From the NCBI RefSeq assembly GCF_036321535.1, contig NC_087436.1, positions 115,632,001 through 115,696,000 on the forward strand: 64,000 nt of DNA, read 5' to 3'. The stretch comes from Camelus dromedarius. Lineage: Eukaryota. Both the position numbers and the translations under genes were made by a program. Positions 51,206 through 63,611 of this stretch are shown here, piece by piece (the first letter of the stretch is position 1; each line of letters opens with the position of its first letter). The notes below the pieces were generated by a model. It was not told where the DNA came from, did no database searches, and saw only the letters and a list, made by a program, of their open reading frames with translations.

Positions 51206-51579
51206 TTCATTTCCCAACAGCGCATCTTTGAAAGCACTGAATCATATATTGATTTTTATTGGGCTTTCAAATATAAAATCACATGGGCTATGAAGCTGAC
51301 TGAAATATGAATTAAAACGCAAAATGAAATGAATAAAACGGGTGACATAAACCTATATGAATAGCAAAACAGGGCAGAAAATAACCTTTTCATTTTGTCA
51401 TAAGCACAGAAATGAGAGAGAGAGACCAGATGAGGACAGAGATTTAATATCACAGCATGTAGGAGAGAAAAAGAGCTACTCAGTGTCTCCTGACGTTCAT
51501 CTCCTCTGTCCAGAGGAATTGCCCTCATGTGGGGAGACAGGAAGTTCAAATGCATTAAAGCCCAGGTTTTGAGGCCATC

Positions 51580-51790
51580 TAATATAGTGAGAAAGGCACT
51601 AGAGTTTAATAAAGAGACACCCATTCACATCCAGCTCTCTCATATCCTATCTGGAGAACTTGTACAATTCACCTGAACTCAGTAAGTCAGTTTCCATGCA
51701 TGAAATATGCATTTCAAATGAAGGATATTTCAAACATTCATGGAGAGGATTAATAAAGATAATATTGGCAAATGTCCCCAGTAAGTTATA
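51580..51790 (+). mobile_element. MIR SINE
   Basis: aatatagtgagaaaggcactagagttt...ccagctct...tcagtttcc...gaggattaataaagataat. Confidence 0.55.
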
Positions 51791-51889
51791 AAACCCCAAT
51801 CCCTCATTATTACTGAAGCAACAGCTACACTCTAATTATTTATGGGTTGGAAATATTTTTTAACAGAATTCAAGATAAATCTGGATGAT

Positions 51890-52125
51890 TTAGTCTAGAG
51901 AACTATTAATGTACAGCATGATGACTGCAGTTAATAATTCCGTGTTGTATGCTAGAAAATCACGGAGTAGATTTCAGATGTTCTCACCACACATACACAA
52001 AAATGACAGCTATGTAAATTGATGGATATGTTCATTAACTTGACTGTAGACATCATTTTACCATGTACATGCGTACCAAAATATCCTGTTGTATCTTAAA
52101 TACATATAACTTTTATTTTTAAAAA
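51890..52125 (+). mobile_element. L1MA8/9-like 3' end
   Basis: aatgtacagcatgatgactgcagttaataat, gagtagatttcagatgttctcaccacac, gatggatatgttcattaacttgactgtag. Confidence 0.88.
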
Positions 52126-53754
52126 TGGAAGAAAGAACATTTCTAGTAGCTAGAATAGAGAGATTAAAAACAACAGCAACAATAACATAGATTAGAATAG
52201 TAATAATCATAACAATAACATACTAGCTGCAAATCTAGGCCACTTTCTACATAATAGCCATTTTTCTAAGGACTTCGTGTGTAGTGACTTGTATATTTTT
52301 GTTTTCAGATGAATGTCTTTTTATATACATTTCAAAATTTTATATGTATTTCACATTTAAACTGGATTTTATTTTTTTCTTCAACAGAATGTTTGATTTG
52401 CAGACAAACAGCCCTTTAAGAAACATAGCACAAAGTGAAACCAGACATGTGAAACTTAACATCTCACAGATATGAAGATATTGACTTTACATTATATAGA
52501 CGCAATTTAGTGGAAAATAAAGGATGAAAAGACCCCTTTAAAATAGAGATCTGGCATCCAGAGGTTGAAAACTGTCATGTTATTTTGGGATTGCATTAAT
52601 TTAAAATGAGAATAAAGTTGATATTGCAGCAAAAATAAATAAATTGGGGAAATAAAGGATACAGCTCTTTAAAACAAGAAGGGGGATATCAGAATATTTT
52701 GAGACTCTTTCTTGAATCAAAGTGTTTCATTCAGTTGCAGCCCCTGATGGGTGGAGGGGTGGGGAGGGGGGTAGCCACACTGTTTTCCTGTCTTAACTCA
52801 ACGTCAGCTAGTGTTTGCTGATGATTTTGCGTGTTGGGTCTGATTACTGTTATTTCTACCGCACAGCTCTGACATCACAGTGCTGCATCTGCCCCAGCCG
52901 AAGGTCGCAGCTGTCTGTGCAAGGATTGTCTACACTGCATTTGGCTGTCTGTCCTTTCAATAACCCCGTTTATGCTGCATCTCTCTCATTCAAGCCCTCC
53001 TGTGAATACCATAGCCTTTCACCTTTTAAGAAAGACAAGACTAGTCTTTCTGTCATTGAACAGATGGTTAGTAAGTTGGAACTCTCTGTATGTAGCAGAA
53101 ATGACAGGGATTGGAGGGGAAATCGCACAGAGCCAAAGCTTTGAAGCAGGGAGACACAATCCCAAGCTTAGTGTTACTTCATTGACCTTGAAAGAGTCAT
53201 CCCCACAGTGTTCAATTTCAATTTTGTCATCGGCAGTATGGAACTAGGTGAGAGCAATCATGACTTGAACAAGCTGTTGTGGGAACTGAACAAAGTAACA
53301 TGTGAAAGGTCTTGTATTACACACTAAATCATATTATTTACTGATGCGCAATTAGATGATTACAGACAAAAATTATTTATTACATCGTAAAAATGCTTCG
53401 TGTTTTTTGGCTAAGTTTGGGGACAAAATTTTCAGAATCATCATATAGGGAATACTTTGGAATTCCTATAGGTGGTACAATGAAAAAGGTCAAAGTGTCT
53501 TATTCCCATTAACCGAAGAGAGTGAGTGCCATTGGGTCTCTAAGGAAGCAGGTAAGAATTAATGGCTGCTTGCTTTCTGAGAGGATCTAAGACGCCTCTG
53601 TCTACCTGACTCCAGAGCAAAACAGCACATCTTTAGTCCTAACTGCTTTCCCCTGCTTTCTCTTAATCATTGGCTCCTGCATGATTTCCTAATGCTTGAC
53701 TCATAGCAGGTTATTTGGGAAATGGCCTGCGTGGTGCATCTCAGGCAGCTGTGC

Positions 53755-53985
53755 TCAAGAGAGTATGCCTTGGATTTGGGTCCAGAAATCTCAGCTTTGA
53801 ACTTTGGCTCTGACATCTATAGTTTGTGATTTTGGCCAAGGGACCCCATCTCACCTAAGCTTGCTTTCCTTGTTTTGCAAAAATTAAAAATAAAAACCTC
53901 ACCACAAAGGATTGAAATAATAGTTAAATGCAATAATTCAAGTAAAAGTGCAAAATAATTGCCCCAAAATACATATTCAAACAAG
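53755..53985 (+). mobile_element. MIR SINE
   Basis: tggctctgacatctatagtttgtgattttggccaag...aaacctcaccacaaaggattg...ttaaatgcaataat. Confidence 0.6.
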
Positions 53986-54329
53986 AGTTGTTCCCTTCAA
54001 AAGTTGCTACCAGCCCTCAAAATTCTGTAGGGCTTCTCATTTGGTATTGCATTCAGAGGACTGAAAAGCAAGCAAACAAACAAAACTTACAGCTCTGGGT
54101 GAAGAGTTGTAGTAGTTACTTTGGAAATATTTCTGAAACCTTCAACACTAGCTTGTTGGTGAATACTGTCTTTACTCTGTCACTCCTGTGGCCAAGACTG
54201 AATGCCAGGATGAAACTAGGTGACAAGCCCTGATGTAGGTAATTTAAGGCCTGAGGCAGGTTAATTGCTAGACGTTTGGAAACAGAATCAAAGCAAAAAT
54301 TACCTTTCTTAATAACTCAGAGTGAGGGT

Positions 54330-54490
54330 TAGAGAATCCTAACCTTTGCGTTTACATAGGGCTTGATCCCAAATTATAAAGATTCTATTTCAGTAATTCT
54401 GTGGGACTCATTAATCTATACGTTCAGCAAGTTTCCCTGAATGAGGCTGATGCTGGCCGTCAAGGATCCATAGACCCAGTTTGAGGAAGA
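54330..54490. mobile_element. MER5A-like hAT fragment
   Basis: agattctatttcagtaattctgtggg...caagtttccctgaatgaggctgatgctggccg...gacccagtttgag. Confidence 0.55.
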
Positions 54491-55559
54491 GATGGTTTAT
54501 GGATTTGTTCATGTAGATAATAATCGTATTCCCACGACATCAAAATGGTGAATTAAGTGTGTTCAAGTTGCATTAATGTTGTCTCCATAGGGCGGTGGGA
54601 TCAAACATACGTGGAAACAGTGTAATCTGCCGAGGCACCTGGGGATGCACATTTCATCATCTTGTACTGTTTTTCAGGTGCTGAAAGAATAAAAGTAAAG
54701 TCTGATGATGAAACAGCTTTTAAAGTGCAACCCAACCCTGGCATTTTATCCTAGCAGGTAAAACAAGGCACACAATACATTTCTGAATTCTTATACATTT
54801 GTAGCATTTCCTGCAAATACTGAAATAAATTTAAAATAAAGAGCTAATACAGAAAAGCAAAACAAAAATTAAAGGATTTCAAAGTTTAAAGAAAAAGGTA
54901 TATATGGTAGTAAAAAATATCCATAGATGTTTCTACATTAAATGTTTCCATACAATGCAAATTTTGTAAATATGTTAAATGATAAACTATAACCTTGGAA
55001 AACATGTATACAATGGATGAAAGATTGGGTGCAAATATAGCAAGATATATGAAGAACTCTTATGGGTAGATGGAAATTAGTATGAATTGCAGAAGAAAAA
55101 AATGGAGGAAATACGAAGAGAGACATTTTTAAAGAAATGCAAATGTCAATAAAGCATAAACAAAATGTTCAGTCTTATTAATAACATTTGATATTCTGAA
55201 AGGTGCTAAAGAATGTAACAAAAGCCATGCTGGGATCTTCAGTCTTCCTCTTCTATGCTATACTTAGCACGATTTGGAAGCTGAGAAGCAAACAAGCTTT
55301 CAAAAGTTGATGCCACCAGAGATGAGTCCTGAAGGATCGATACAAGTCAGCGAGATGAAGACAGACTTTCCAGGAAAGAGCAAATGCGCTGCTGAATGAA
55401 AGTCCGTGAAAGGAGCGCGCACATGCTTGCAGATCGGGGTTGCTGGAGTGTGACCCGCAGGTAGTGGCGCGGATCTGAAGCCAAGAGGTGAGCCAGGTGA
55501 TTAGAGAGCCCGGAGCAGCATACTAAGGATTCAGATTTGTAGTGAAGTTGGGGACATTT

Positions 55560-55882
55560 TGGGAGTTCGGGATCTGCAGATACTAACTGCTATATACAAA
55601 ATAGGTAAACAACAAGGTCCTACTGCAGTGCACATAGAACTATATTGAATACCTGGTAATACTGAAAAATTGTGCTCTACACTGGAATTTGACACAGCGT
55701 TGTGAAATGACTATAACTCAATAAAAAAATGTTAAAAAAATACCTGCTAATAGCTTATAATGAAAAAGAACACAAAAAAGAATATGTGTATATATGTATA
55801 TGTGTAACTGAATCATTATGCTGTACAGCGGAAGCTGATATAACATTGTAAACTGACTATATGTCAATGAAAAAAAAAAAAA
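55560..55882 (+). mobile_element. 5'-truncated cetartiodactyl-type L1 3' end containing a nested younger L1 tail
   Basis: gggagttcgggatctgcagatactaactgctatatacaaaataggtaaacaacaaggtcctactg ... aactgaatcattatgctgtacagcggaa...aacattgtaaactgactata plus A-tail. Confidence 0.9.
55661..55740 (+). mobile_element. 80-bp young L1 3' tail insertion with TSD
   Basis: actgaaaaattgtgctctacactggaatttgacacagcgttgtgaaatgactataactcaataaaaaaatgttaaaaaaa flanked by aatacctggtaat / aatacctgctaat. Confidence 0.88.
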
Positions 55883-56765
55883 GGAAAATGGAAACAAAAC
55901 AACAGAACAAAAGCAAGGGCCTAGAAAGCCCAGGCTATCTATGAATATTTCTTTCTTTACTTCTTTATTCCTGCATCCATTTGTGCAATAAAAGCTCATC
56001 AAATGCTAACAGTGTGCCTTGGCACTTTCACAGTTTTTGAGTCCAGTGGTGCCTTCATTCAATGTCCTTCCATGTTTGCTTGTTTGTCCCACCTCCCTCA
56101 GTTACTCAGTTAAAGTCATCATTGTTAAAATAGCTCTCACAACCCTACTCAAACTTATGTGAAAAGGGAATCAAATAAATATGACTTAGGGGTAAACAGA
56201 AGATAAGAGGTTATTGGCCAATTTTTTAAATTATTTTATATTAGTCTTAGAAGCTGAAGCATCATTATGGGATGAAAAGTATCTCCCTACTCACAAAGCC
56301 CCTCTTGGACCAAACAGAACTCTCCCCCTGCTGCTTCAGCCACTACTTCAGCCAATTCCATTTATTATCCAGGAAGGACTGAGTAATCAACCCACTGCTA
56401 AGGGTAGATGGAAATTTTGCTTACGACTGCAGAGGCCTCCTAAGGCTGTCCTGGTAATCTGAAGTGGAAAATTCTATCTCGAGGATGAAGAGTCATATGG
56501 ATGACTCTTGGGCTACCCCCATCTTAGAAGAGAATATTTGCATGTGGAACTGAAGTTGCTGAGAACTAAGAAATGTAATCCCTGCCACTGGTAAGGGGCA
56601 CTGTGGGCCGAGCTGAACACGGAGACGGGGAGAGCACGGAGTCAGTTTTCCACGGAGGACGACGCTGGGAGACCTGGGTCGCTAAGAGAGCAAGGCTTTT
56701 GCGAGTGCAGTAGTGACATTCTGCAAAAACCGCAAGTAAACCAGTCACACAATGGTGCGTGTGGG

Positions 56766-57181
56766 TGCGTTAATGTCCTAAGACCGTTATAACGAGTTTC
56801 CACAATACGGGTGACTTAGCAGAAATTTATTCTCTCATAGTTCTGGAGGCTAGAAATCCAGCATGAGGGTGTCAGCAGGGCCTTAGCTTCAGCTGCGTTC
56901 CTGGCAATCTTTGAAGTTCCTTTGTTGGCAAGCTTGTCACTCCAATCTCTCCCCGCGGTCACATCGCATGGTGTTCTTTCTGTGCTTCTGTCTCTGTGCC
57001 TCTTCTTCGCTTCGCGTTAAGTACACCAGTTACAGCGGGTTAAGAGCACACCCTACTCCCGGATGGTCTTGGTTAACCTGGCTACATCAGTAGGGACTTT
57101 TTCCAAATAAGGTCACATTCACGGGTACCCAGGGTAAGGACTTCAACAGATTTTGGGGGGAATATAATTCAGCTCACAACA
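56766..57181 (-). mobile_element. MLT1B/C-like solo LTR
   Basis: cagaaatttattctctcatagttctggaggctagaaatcc, ttccaaataaggtcacattcacgggtacc, aggacttcaaca, ends aattcagctcacaaca. Confidence 0.9.
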
Positions 57182-57564
57182 TCCAACATTGCTCATTTTC
57201 TGGATGAAAGTCAATATGCTCTTCTTTTGACTTACGATTACTTCATGGGTTCATTGGTAATCCCTGGTGAAGGGGACTCCAGAGGGAGAGAGACTTCTAT
57301 GCACAGCCAATACGGCAGGCAAGGGCTTAGGCCAGAGTTAATGCAATTGAGAGAGGTATAAACAATCGTACTTTTACACCGTGTGTTATGAAGAAGTTAC
57401 TGTGTTTACAAGAAGAGGCAAAATGAGGGCGTTATTCTCCACTGTTGTAAATGACAACCTATCTCCTGTTCACGTGCAGTATTGAACCCCTGACTTCTGG
57501 AGAGTAATGCAGTGGTGTGGCCATCAGGGGACACCTCACTTGAGTTGTTCCTCAGAACCAGACA

Positions 57565-57790
57565 AAGGCTCAGAAGGCCTGGGTTCCAGTTTCTGTTCTG
57601 TCACTTGCTAGGGGAGTTGCCCCAGAGTAGTCACTTAATTTCCCTGTGTCTCAATTCCCTCAGCTAAGCTCTAGGTCTAAAATCACCTGTCCTGCCTGGC
57701 CATTGTGTTGCAGTGATGCTCGGTGAGGATAATCCATGTTGAAGTCCGAAGTAAAACTTAAAGCCCCAGGAGAATGCTTAGAAATTGTCC
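57565..57790 (+). mobile_element. MIR SINE
   Basis: gcctgggttccagtttctgttctgtcacttgctag...agtcacttaatttccctgtgtctcaattccctcagctaa. Confidence 0.75.
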
Positions 57791-57986
57791 ACATTTGGGG
57801 TGTTTTCTCCCTCATCTTATTCCATAAATAACTTGAGAACACCATAAATATTTTTTTTTTACCTAGCCATATGACTTGTGCTGAGATGTTATTGTCATTC
57901 CAGCTATATTATTATCAACTCATTAAGCCCAAATATTGTCCCTTAGATCTTGGCCCAGGTTAATGGGGAAAAAAGTCTGTACCACA

Positions 57987-58021
57987 ATGATGATGATGAC
58001 GATGATGATGGTGATGATGAT
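57987..58021. repeat. (GAT)n trinucleotide microsatellite
   Basis: atgatgatgatgacgatgatgatggtgatgatgat. Confidence 0.9.
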
Positions 58022-60199
58022 AAAATTGATGTGAAACCAACCTATGTCCTTAAGTTCATCAGTATAATAATATAACTAGCTTTCCACACAGCTTACACAT
58101 TTTAAAATGCAAATACCTAGTTATTTAAACATCGTCACAACTAACAAATCTCACCCCAGGGCCTGGAAAGGTGTGAGGCTGCACTTTGTGTCCTAGAGGG
58201 TTCCTCCTGATAGCCAAGGACATTGAAGAAGGCACTGCCAGAGCTACCTCTTGTAACACTGTATCTGTGATTCTGAATCTCACACATTCAAATTCAAGTT
58301 TTAAAATTCTGAACTCCTAGGAGTTTTTCCTTCTATCTTCTAACTTCATTGCATATAGAATTCTTGCTCTTATCACATTTTAGTGCTTAATTTTCTTTTC
58401 AATTATGGATTATTATAGATAATTATTATGGATTATAGAATGGATGTGTAATATGACAATGCCATTTCAGAATCTTTCTAAATGATTCTTTGACTTTTTA
58501 AAAATAATTTGACCAAGTGAAATGATATACTAAGTTAATGAATCCCTTATATTAATCACATGTCTCTCCCTGGAATGTTCTACCAACCTAGGCTATGCAA
58601 TTTTATTTTTAAAATGTACTACCAATTGCAATTTGTTAGTATTTCTTTTCACTTTCTTCCATTTAAAGTCATAAATAAAGATGGAATGAAGTTTCCTTTT
58701 TTTTATGCTGTCTTTGTTTGGCTACTGTGATTGAGCTAGTATCAAAAAATGTACTTGCAAGATTTCCTTCTTTTTCTTTTTCTTTTTGATATGATTGCAA
58801 ACGATTTGTGTAGCATGTAAATAATTTGTTACTTGAATGTTTGAAAGCACTTACCTGTAAAACACTGCCTAAAGCAGACATATTTTGAAGTAATTTTTGA
58901 CAGTCTTAAATTGTCTCCTTTTCATTGATCTATTCAATTTTTCTACTTTCTTGAATCAATTTACATAATTAATATCTTGCTGAAAATTATGCATTTTTGT
59001 GAGATTTTCAAATTTATTAGCATAGATTTGAATCCACTTACACTTTAAATACCTTGTGTGTCTATTGTTATATTCATTTTGTCTCTTCTAATGTTTGAGT
59101 ACTCCTTCATTATTCTTGATTAAGTTTTCCATAATTATATACTGGCTCAAGCCCATGTTTTTACCTTTTCTTAGTTTTAATTTTTTTATTTGTTTTTAGA
59201 ACTCTGAGAACCTTTCTCACTTTTCTTTTATGACTTCACTATTCTTAATTCTTCAATCTGCCATCTACAGCAGCGATGATCACTTTTCATGAGTTTAAAA
59301 TCATTTTGACAAAAATGGTTTCTTTCCCCACTAAAGTTTCCTAATTTTATACAATGACTTCCTTATAACTATTTCTCTGAGTTTCATAGTTAAATTAAAA
59401 ATACATAGATTTCTCATGTTATAATACAGATGAGTATAGAGAATATAATTTTTTTCATATTTGGTAAAAGATCTAAATGTCTTCACAAGCCTCCAACTGC
59501 TGGTAACAAAGGAAATAAAATCATTGAATGTTAATTCAGTTCAAAAATATAGTGTGATTTGTAATTACTGGACCTTTAGGTAAAATGACTAACCTTTCAA
59601 GTTTCTTACCATTTTCTCTTCTCTTCTCCAAGATGGCGTCTAGGTTATGAGCATATTTATGTGGTTAGTTTATTGAACTTCTCCATCCACACAGTACCCT
59701 CCGATTTCCCTTAATCTCTGTACAGAGGAGCTGACTCAGCTTCCTGTTCCGGTGACCACTGAGCTACACCCCACCCAGGCCCTGGAGTTCTGCTCCAGAA
59801 GATGGTGACTGGCTTAGCCCAATGTGGGGTGCTATTCTCTGTGTAGAATTCAGTGATGGTGAGGGCGTCTGTGCCGGTTTACAGTAAGATAATCTAAACT
59901 GGAAATTACTTCCAAAAATAGAATGATACTTATATCTTACTGAATCAGAAGCTTTCTATAGCTGTTGATCCTGTTTTTTAAGAGCATTATATTTAGGGGG
60001 TAATACTGTTGTTACAGTTGCCTGTTAAATATGTGTGTACATGTTATTTCTCTACTACTTTATCCTTGCACAGCTGCATGTTTGCTTTCTTTTGAAAATG
60101 GGGTTATGACAACAATGGTAGCATATTGATAACAGGGGTGCTAGTTTTCTCTACCCACACACTAGCCTCTTACTTCTAGTAGTACAGCTTCTCCGTTCT

Positions 60200-60660
60200 G
60201 GGAGAGACTTCATTCCATGCTGTGAGAGAAACCTGAAGTCACCCCTACTCCCCTGTCTCTGCTATGAGGATGGGTACTTGACTAAAACTGACCAATGATA
60301 AGAGTGCTCCATCATCTCCCCCAGAGGAATCTGTACAGGGATGGATCTGCAGCCCACTGCAGGTGGGTGCTAGGGACAAGTATAACACTGAAGAAAGACA
60401 TAAACTAGGGCTTTCCCAGCCAAACGGAGAAATCCACCTGCAGAACATAAAAGACAGCCCACAGTGAAAACAAAGAGGCACAGAGATGAAGGACAACTAG
60501 GGAGTCTTGAAGCTATTATCTTAACTCCCAGCTCCACCATACCTCACCCTAGATTTGGTTATGATTTTGTCAATCATATACCGCGTATATCATCTTTTTT
60601 GCATTAAGTTAGTTTTCATTGGGCTTCCAATGCTAATAACTAAAAGCACTCTCACAAATA
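60200..60660 (+). mobile_element. Ancient MaLR/ERVL LTR (MLT1K/L- or LTR16-like)
   Basis: ttgactaaaactgaccaat; 3' end ttttttgcattaagttagttttcattgggcttcc...taactaaaagcactctcacaaata. Confidence 0.5.
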
Positions 60661-62554
60661 AGATTTTTATATTTAAAATCTTACAGATTAGCATAGGAAA
60701 GAAAATCATGATCAGACTTAATGTGCTTTTCCAATATTTTAGTTAGGAAGAAAAACCATGGTCATATTTAATGTCCTTTTCAATCATTTCATTTAACTGG
60801 TTGTAAAATCTGGAAATGAATCTGGATTGAGGAAGCAGGGCAAGTTGGAATACAGACCTTCAGCTCTGTATTCAAGTACTGTCTTTGTCTGCTTGGGAGA
60901 GCAGCCAGGAGTTGGTGTATCTTTACCATTTGCCTGGTATGACTGGCCTCATTAGGAGCCGGCAAAGAAGATGACTGCTGGAAGCCAGCTAGGAACAAGG
61001 CTGCCCATGCCAATTAGAACCAGTGAAGAAGTCCCTCTGCAGACTCATTATCAATGTGGCTCCAGCCGTAAGACTTCTCAGTGCAGTTAAGGACATCAGC
61101 ACATGCTCCCTGCTGTTTGCTGTAGCCTCAGCCCTCTCTCTAGGTTGTTTCCAGGTAATAATAAAGCTCTGCTGAGCTGTTCTTCTTCTTGCCCATCCAC
61201 TGACCTTTATACAGCTGGGTGTTCCCTCACTCGTGTTCCCTCTCCAATATACTTTCCACAATGGAGAGACGCCTTTACAGGTGTACAGTACCAGTGCAGG
61301 GTTCTGCCTATTTTTATATTTCATTGTTCATTTCAAGGAGCAATTGGGAAAAAAACTAGAGAGAGGTGAAGACCAAAATCAATTGTATTCACTCCTCTGC
61401 TTTGCTTCGAAGTCCCCTGGAACATTTTTAAGAAGAAAATCTTTGAAAACTTTTCCAGCTCCTTTCATAATTATTTGTCTATTCAACTTTTCTACTTGTT
61501 ACTGAGACAATTGGGGCAATTTACATGTTCTGAGAAAAGAAGAGGATCTTTTTCTTTGGGTTTGTCAAATTTAGCAGCATAAGGTTATACATTTTATTTG
61601 CCAATGATCTTCAAATCTCCGCATGATCTGCAGTTACACTCCTTTCTTATTTCCCTTGTTTCAGTTTTGTCAATCCAAGTAGTCAATCTGTATCTAATTC
61701 ATTATGTTTTACTAAAAATCCTATCTTGAATTTATTTTTTGATTTATACATAATATCAGTTTGTACATTTCACTTTCCATTTTTATTTACTTGGATTAAT
61801 TACTTTGCTTACTTTTAATTTTCTAAGTCTAAAGCTAAATTCTAAATTCCTCCACTTTTATTTTTTATATAATCACATCTTTTAAAGTCAGATTTTTTTT
61901 TGGCTAATGCCACTATAAATCCAGTTTATTCAATGATCAGTAAATACTTGATCACCTACATCTGTTGAGACATTAGAGTTAAAATGGTTGAAAAAATGAA
62001 ATAAAAAGTAAGATGGTTTATTTTTATATGAAAGACATAAACAAAATGATGAATGAATCGCTACAAATTGTTAGCAATGTAAAGGAAATAAAAAGAACAC
62101 TATGAACAATGGGCTATTTTCTATTTTAGACAGAGTAGCTTTTAAATTATGTCAGGTAGATGGGAAGTCCTGGCCAAAGGCTTGACATGAGAGGGAACTT
62201 CCACAACAGAGGACGTGAAATCAGTGAGGCTGCAGATTAACGAGCAAGGGTGGGTTTGCATGAGATGGAATGGGTAATACACGCTAATTCACTGGACCTT
62301 CAGTCCTTCTCTGGGACCCTCCAACTGTCCTCATCATCATCCTTTATTTTCGACTTCAGCATGTCTTCCATCATTTTCAAAAGTGGGACTTCACCTCTTA
62401 TATTCTCAGAGGAACATAGAGATAACAGATAAGACTTCTTTAAACTTCCAGCCAGCACACCTGTAAAGCAAATACCTTTGTCATGCTCTTCCTTTCACAA
62501 AGAAGGAAATAGAGTCTGTGCAATGCCCTTCCCTGTTGGCAGGTCCCACCTTTC

Positions 62555-62773
62555 TAGGAACTCGTTTCATTATTTTTAGGATTGTTTTATCCATGTTTCA
62601 ATATCCCCTCTCTACTTGTCTCTGAGTAAATCTACTAAGTTTTCTCTCCTATTAATAATAAATGAAATAAATAAATAGGAACTCATTTCATTATTTTTAG
62701 GATCATTGTATCCATTTTCAATATCCCCTCTCTCTTCCCACCCGAGCTAAATCTGCTAAAGTTTCTCTCCTAT
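62555..62773 (+). repeat. Tandem duplication of a ~98-bp unit (62555-62652 and 62676-62773)
   Basis: Both copies read taggaactcRtttcattatttttaggat...tttcaatatcccctctct...aaatct.ctaa..tttctctcctat. Confidence 0.9.
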
Positions 62774-63611
62774 AAACAAGCCTTTGTTCAAGTTTTCATT
62801 TCCCACCAACTACTGACTTAACCTTCCTCTTCCCCTTTGGAGCTAAGATTTAAAACATATTTTAGTAGTTTGTTAAAACTATCTTTTGCATATTTACAAT
62901 ACCCCCCCTTGTTGCCAAAGTTATTGGAATTTTTTAGACGTTAACTATTTGGTGTCTCCATAGATGTGGCCAACAACTCTTTCGTAAAACACTCCCTTCA
63001 CTCAGCATCTAGAATGATGAGGATTTTCTATATATTGTTTGCTTTATCTTAATTTATTTTCATAGTGATTTCCTCGTTCCTCAACTTGCCTTTAATAATG
63101 TCTGCATTACTCATGGTTCTGTTCCCAGAGCTGGTTCCCCTCATTCTTCCCACAGTTCCTTACTGAGAAGCCTACAGCCCACTTGGTGATCATTCCCCTC
63201 CTTGGCTTCGGTGTCCTTCATGCTATTACTGCATCCCGCCACCCACTCCTGGACAGCTGTTTCCATACCCTTCTCCTGGCATGAAGATTCCCATAAACAC
63301 CTGCATCTCTATAGCTGGACTGGGTGTACCCCATACCTGTCTCTGTATTTTTCTAGTACTGCTGGAATTATCTTCTTTCCACTCTTGTTTGCTTGTGCTC
63401 TGATATCCTGTCTCTCAGTAAATGCCATCTGCATCGAAGCTGTACATTGAACCAGACACCTGCATGTTATCAATAACTCCTCCTACTTCTATAACCCGTA
63501 CAACGTACTATAAAAGCCCACTGATTCTATTTCTCAAGTCTGCACCATATCACTATTTAATTCTGTCCATTCACCCTTCTCAGTGCCAGATAATTATCCT
63601 CTCTCACCTTT

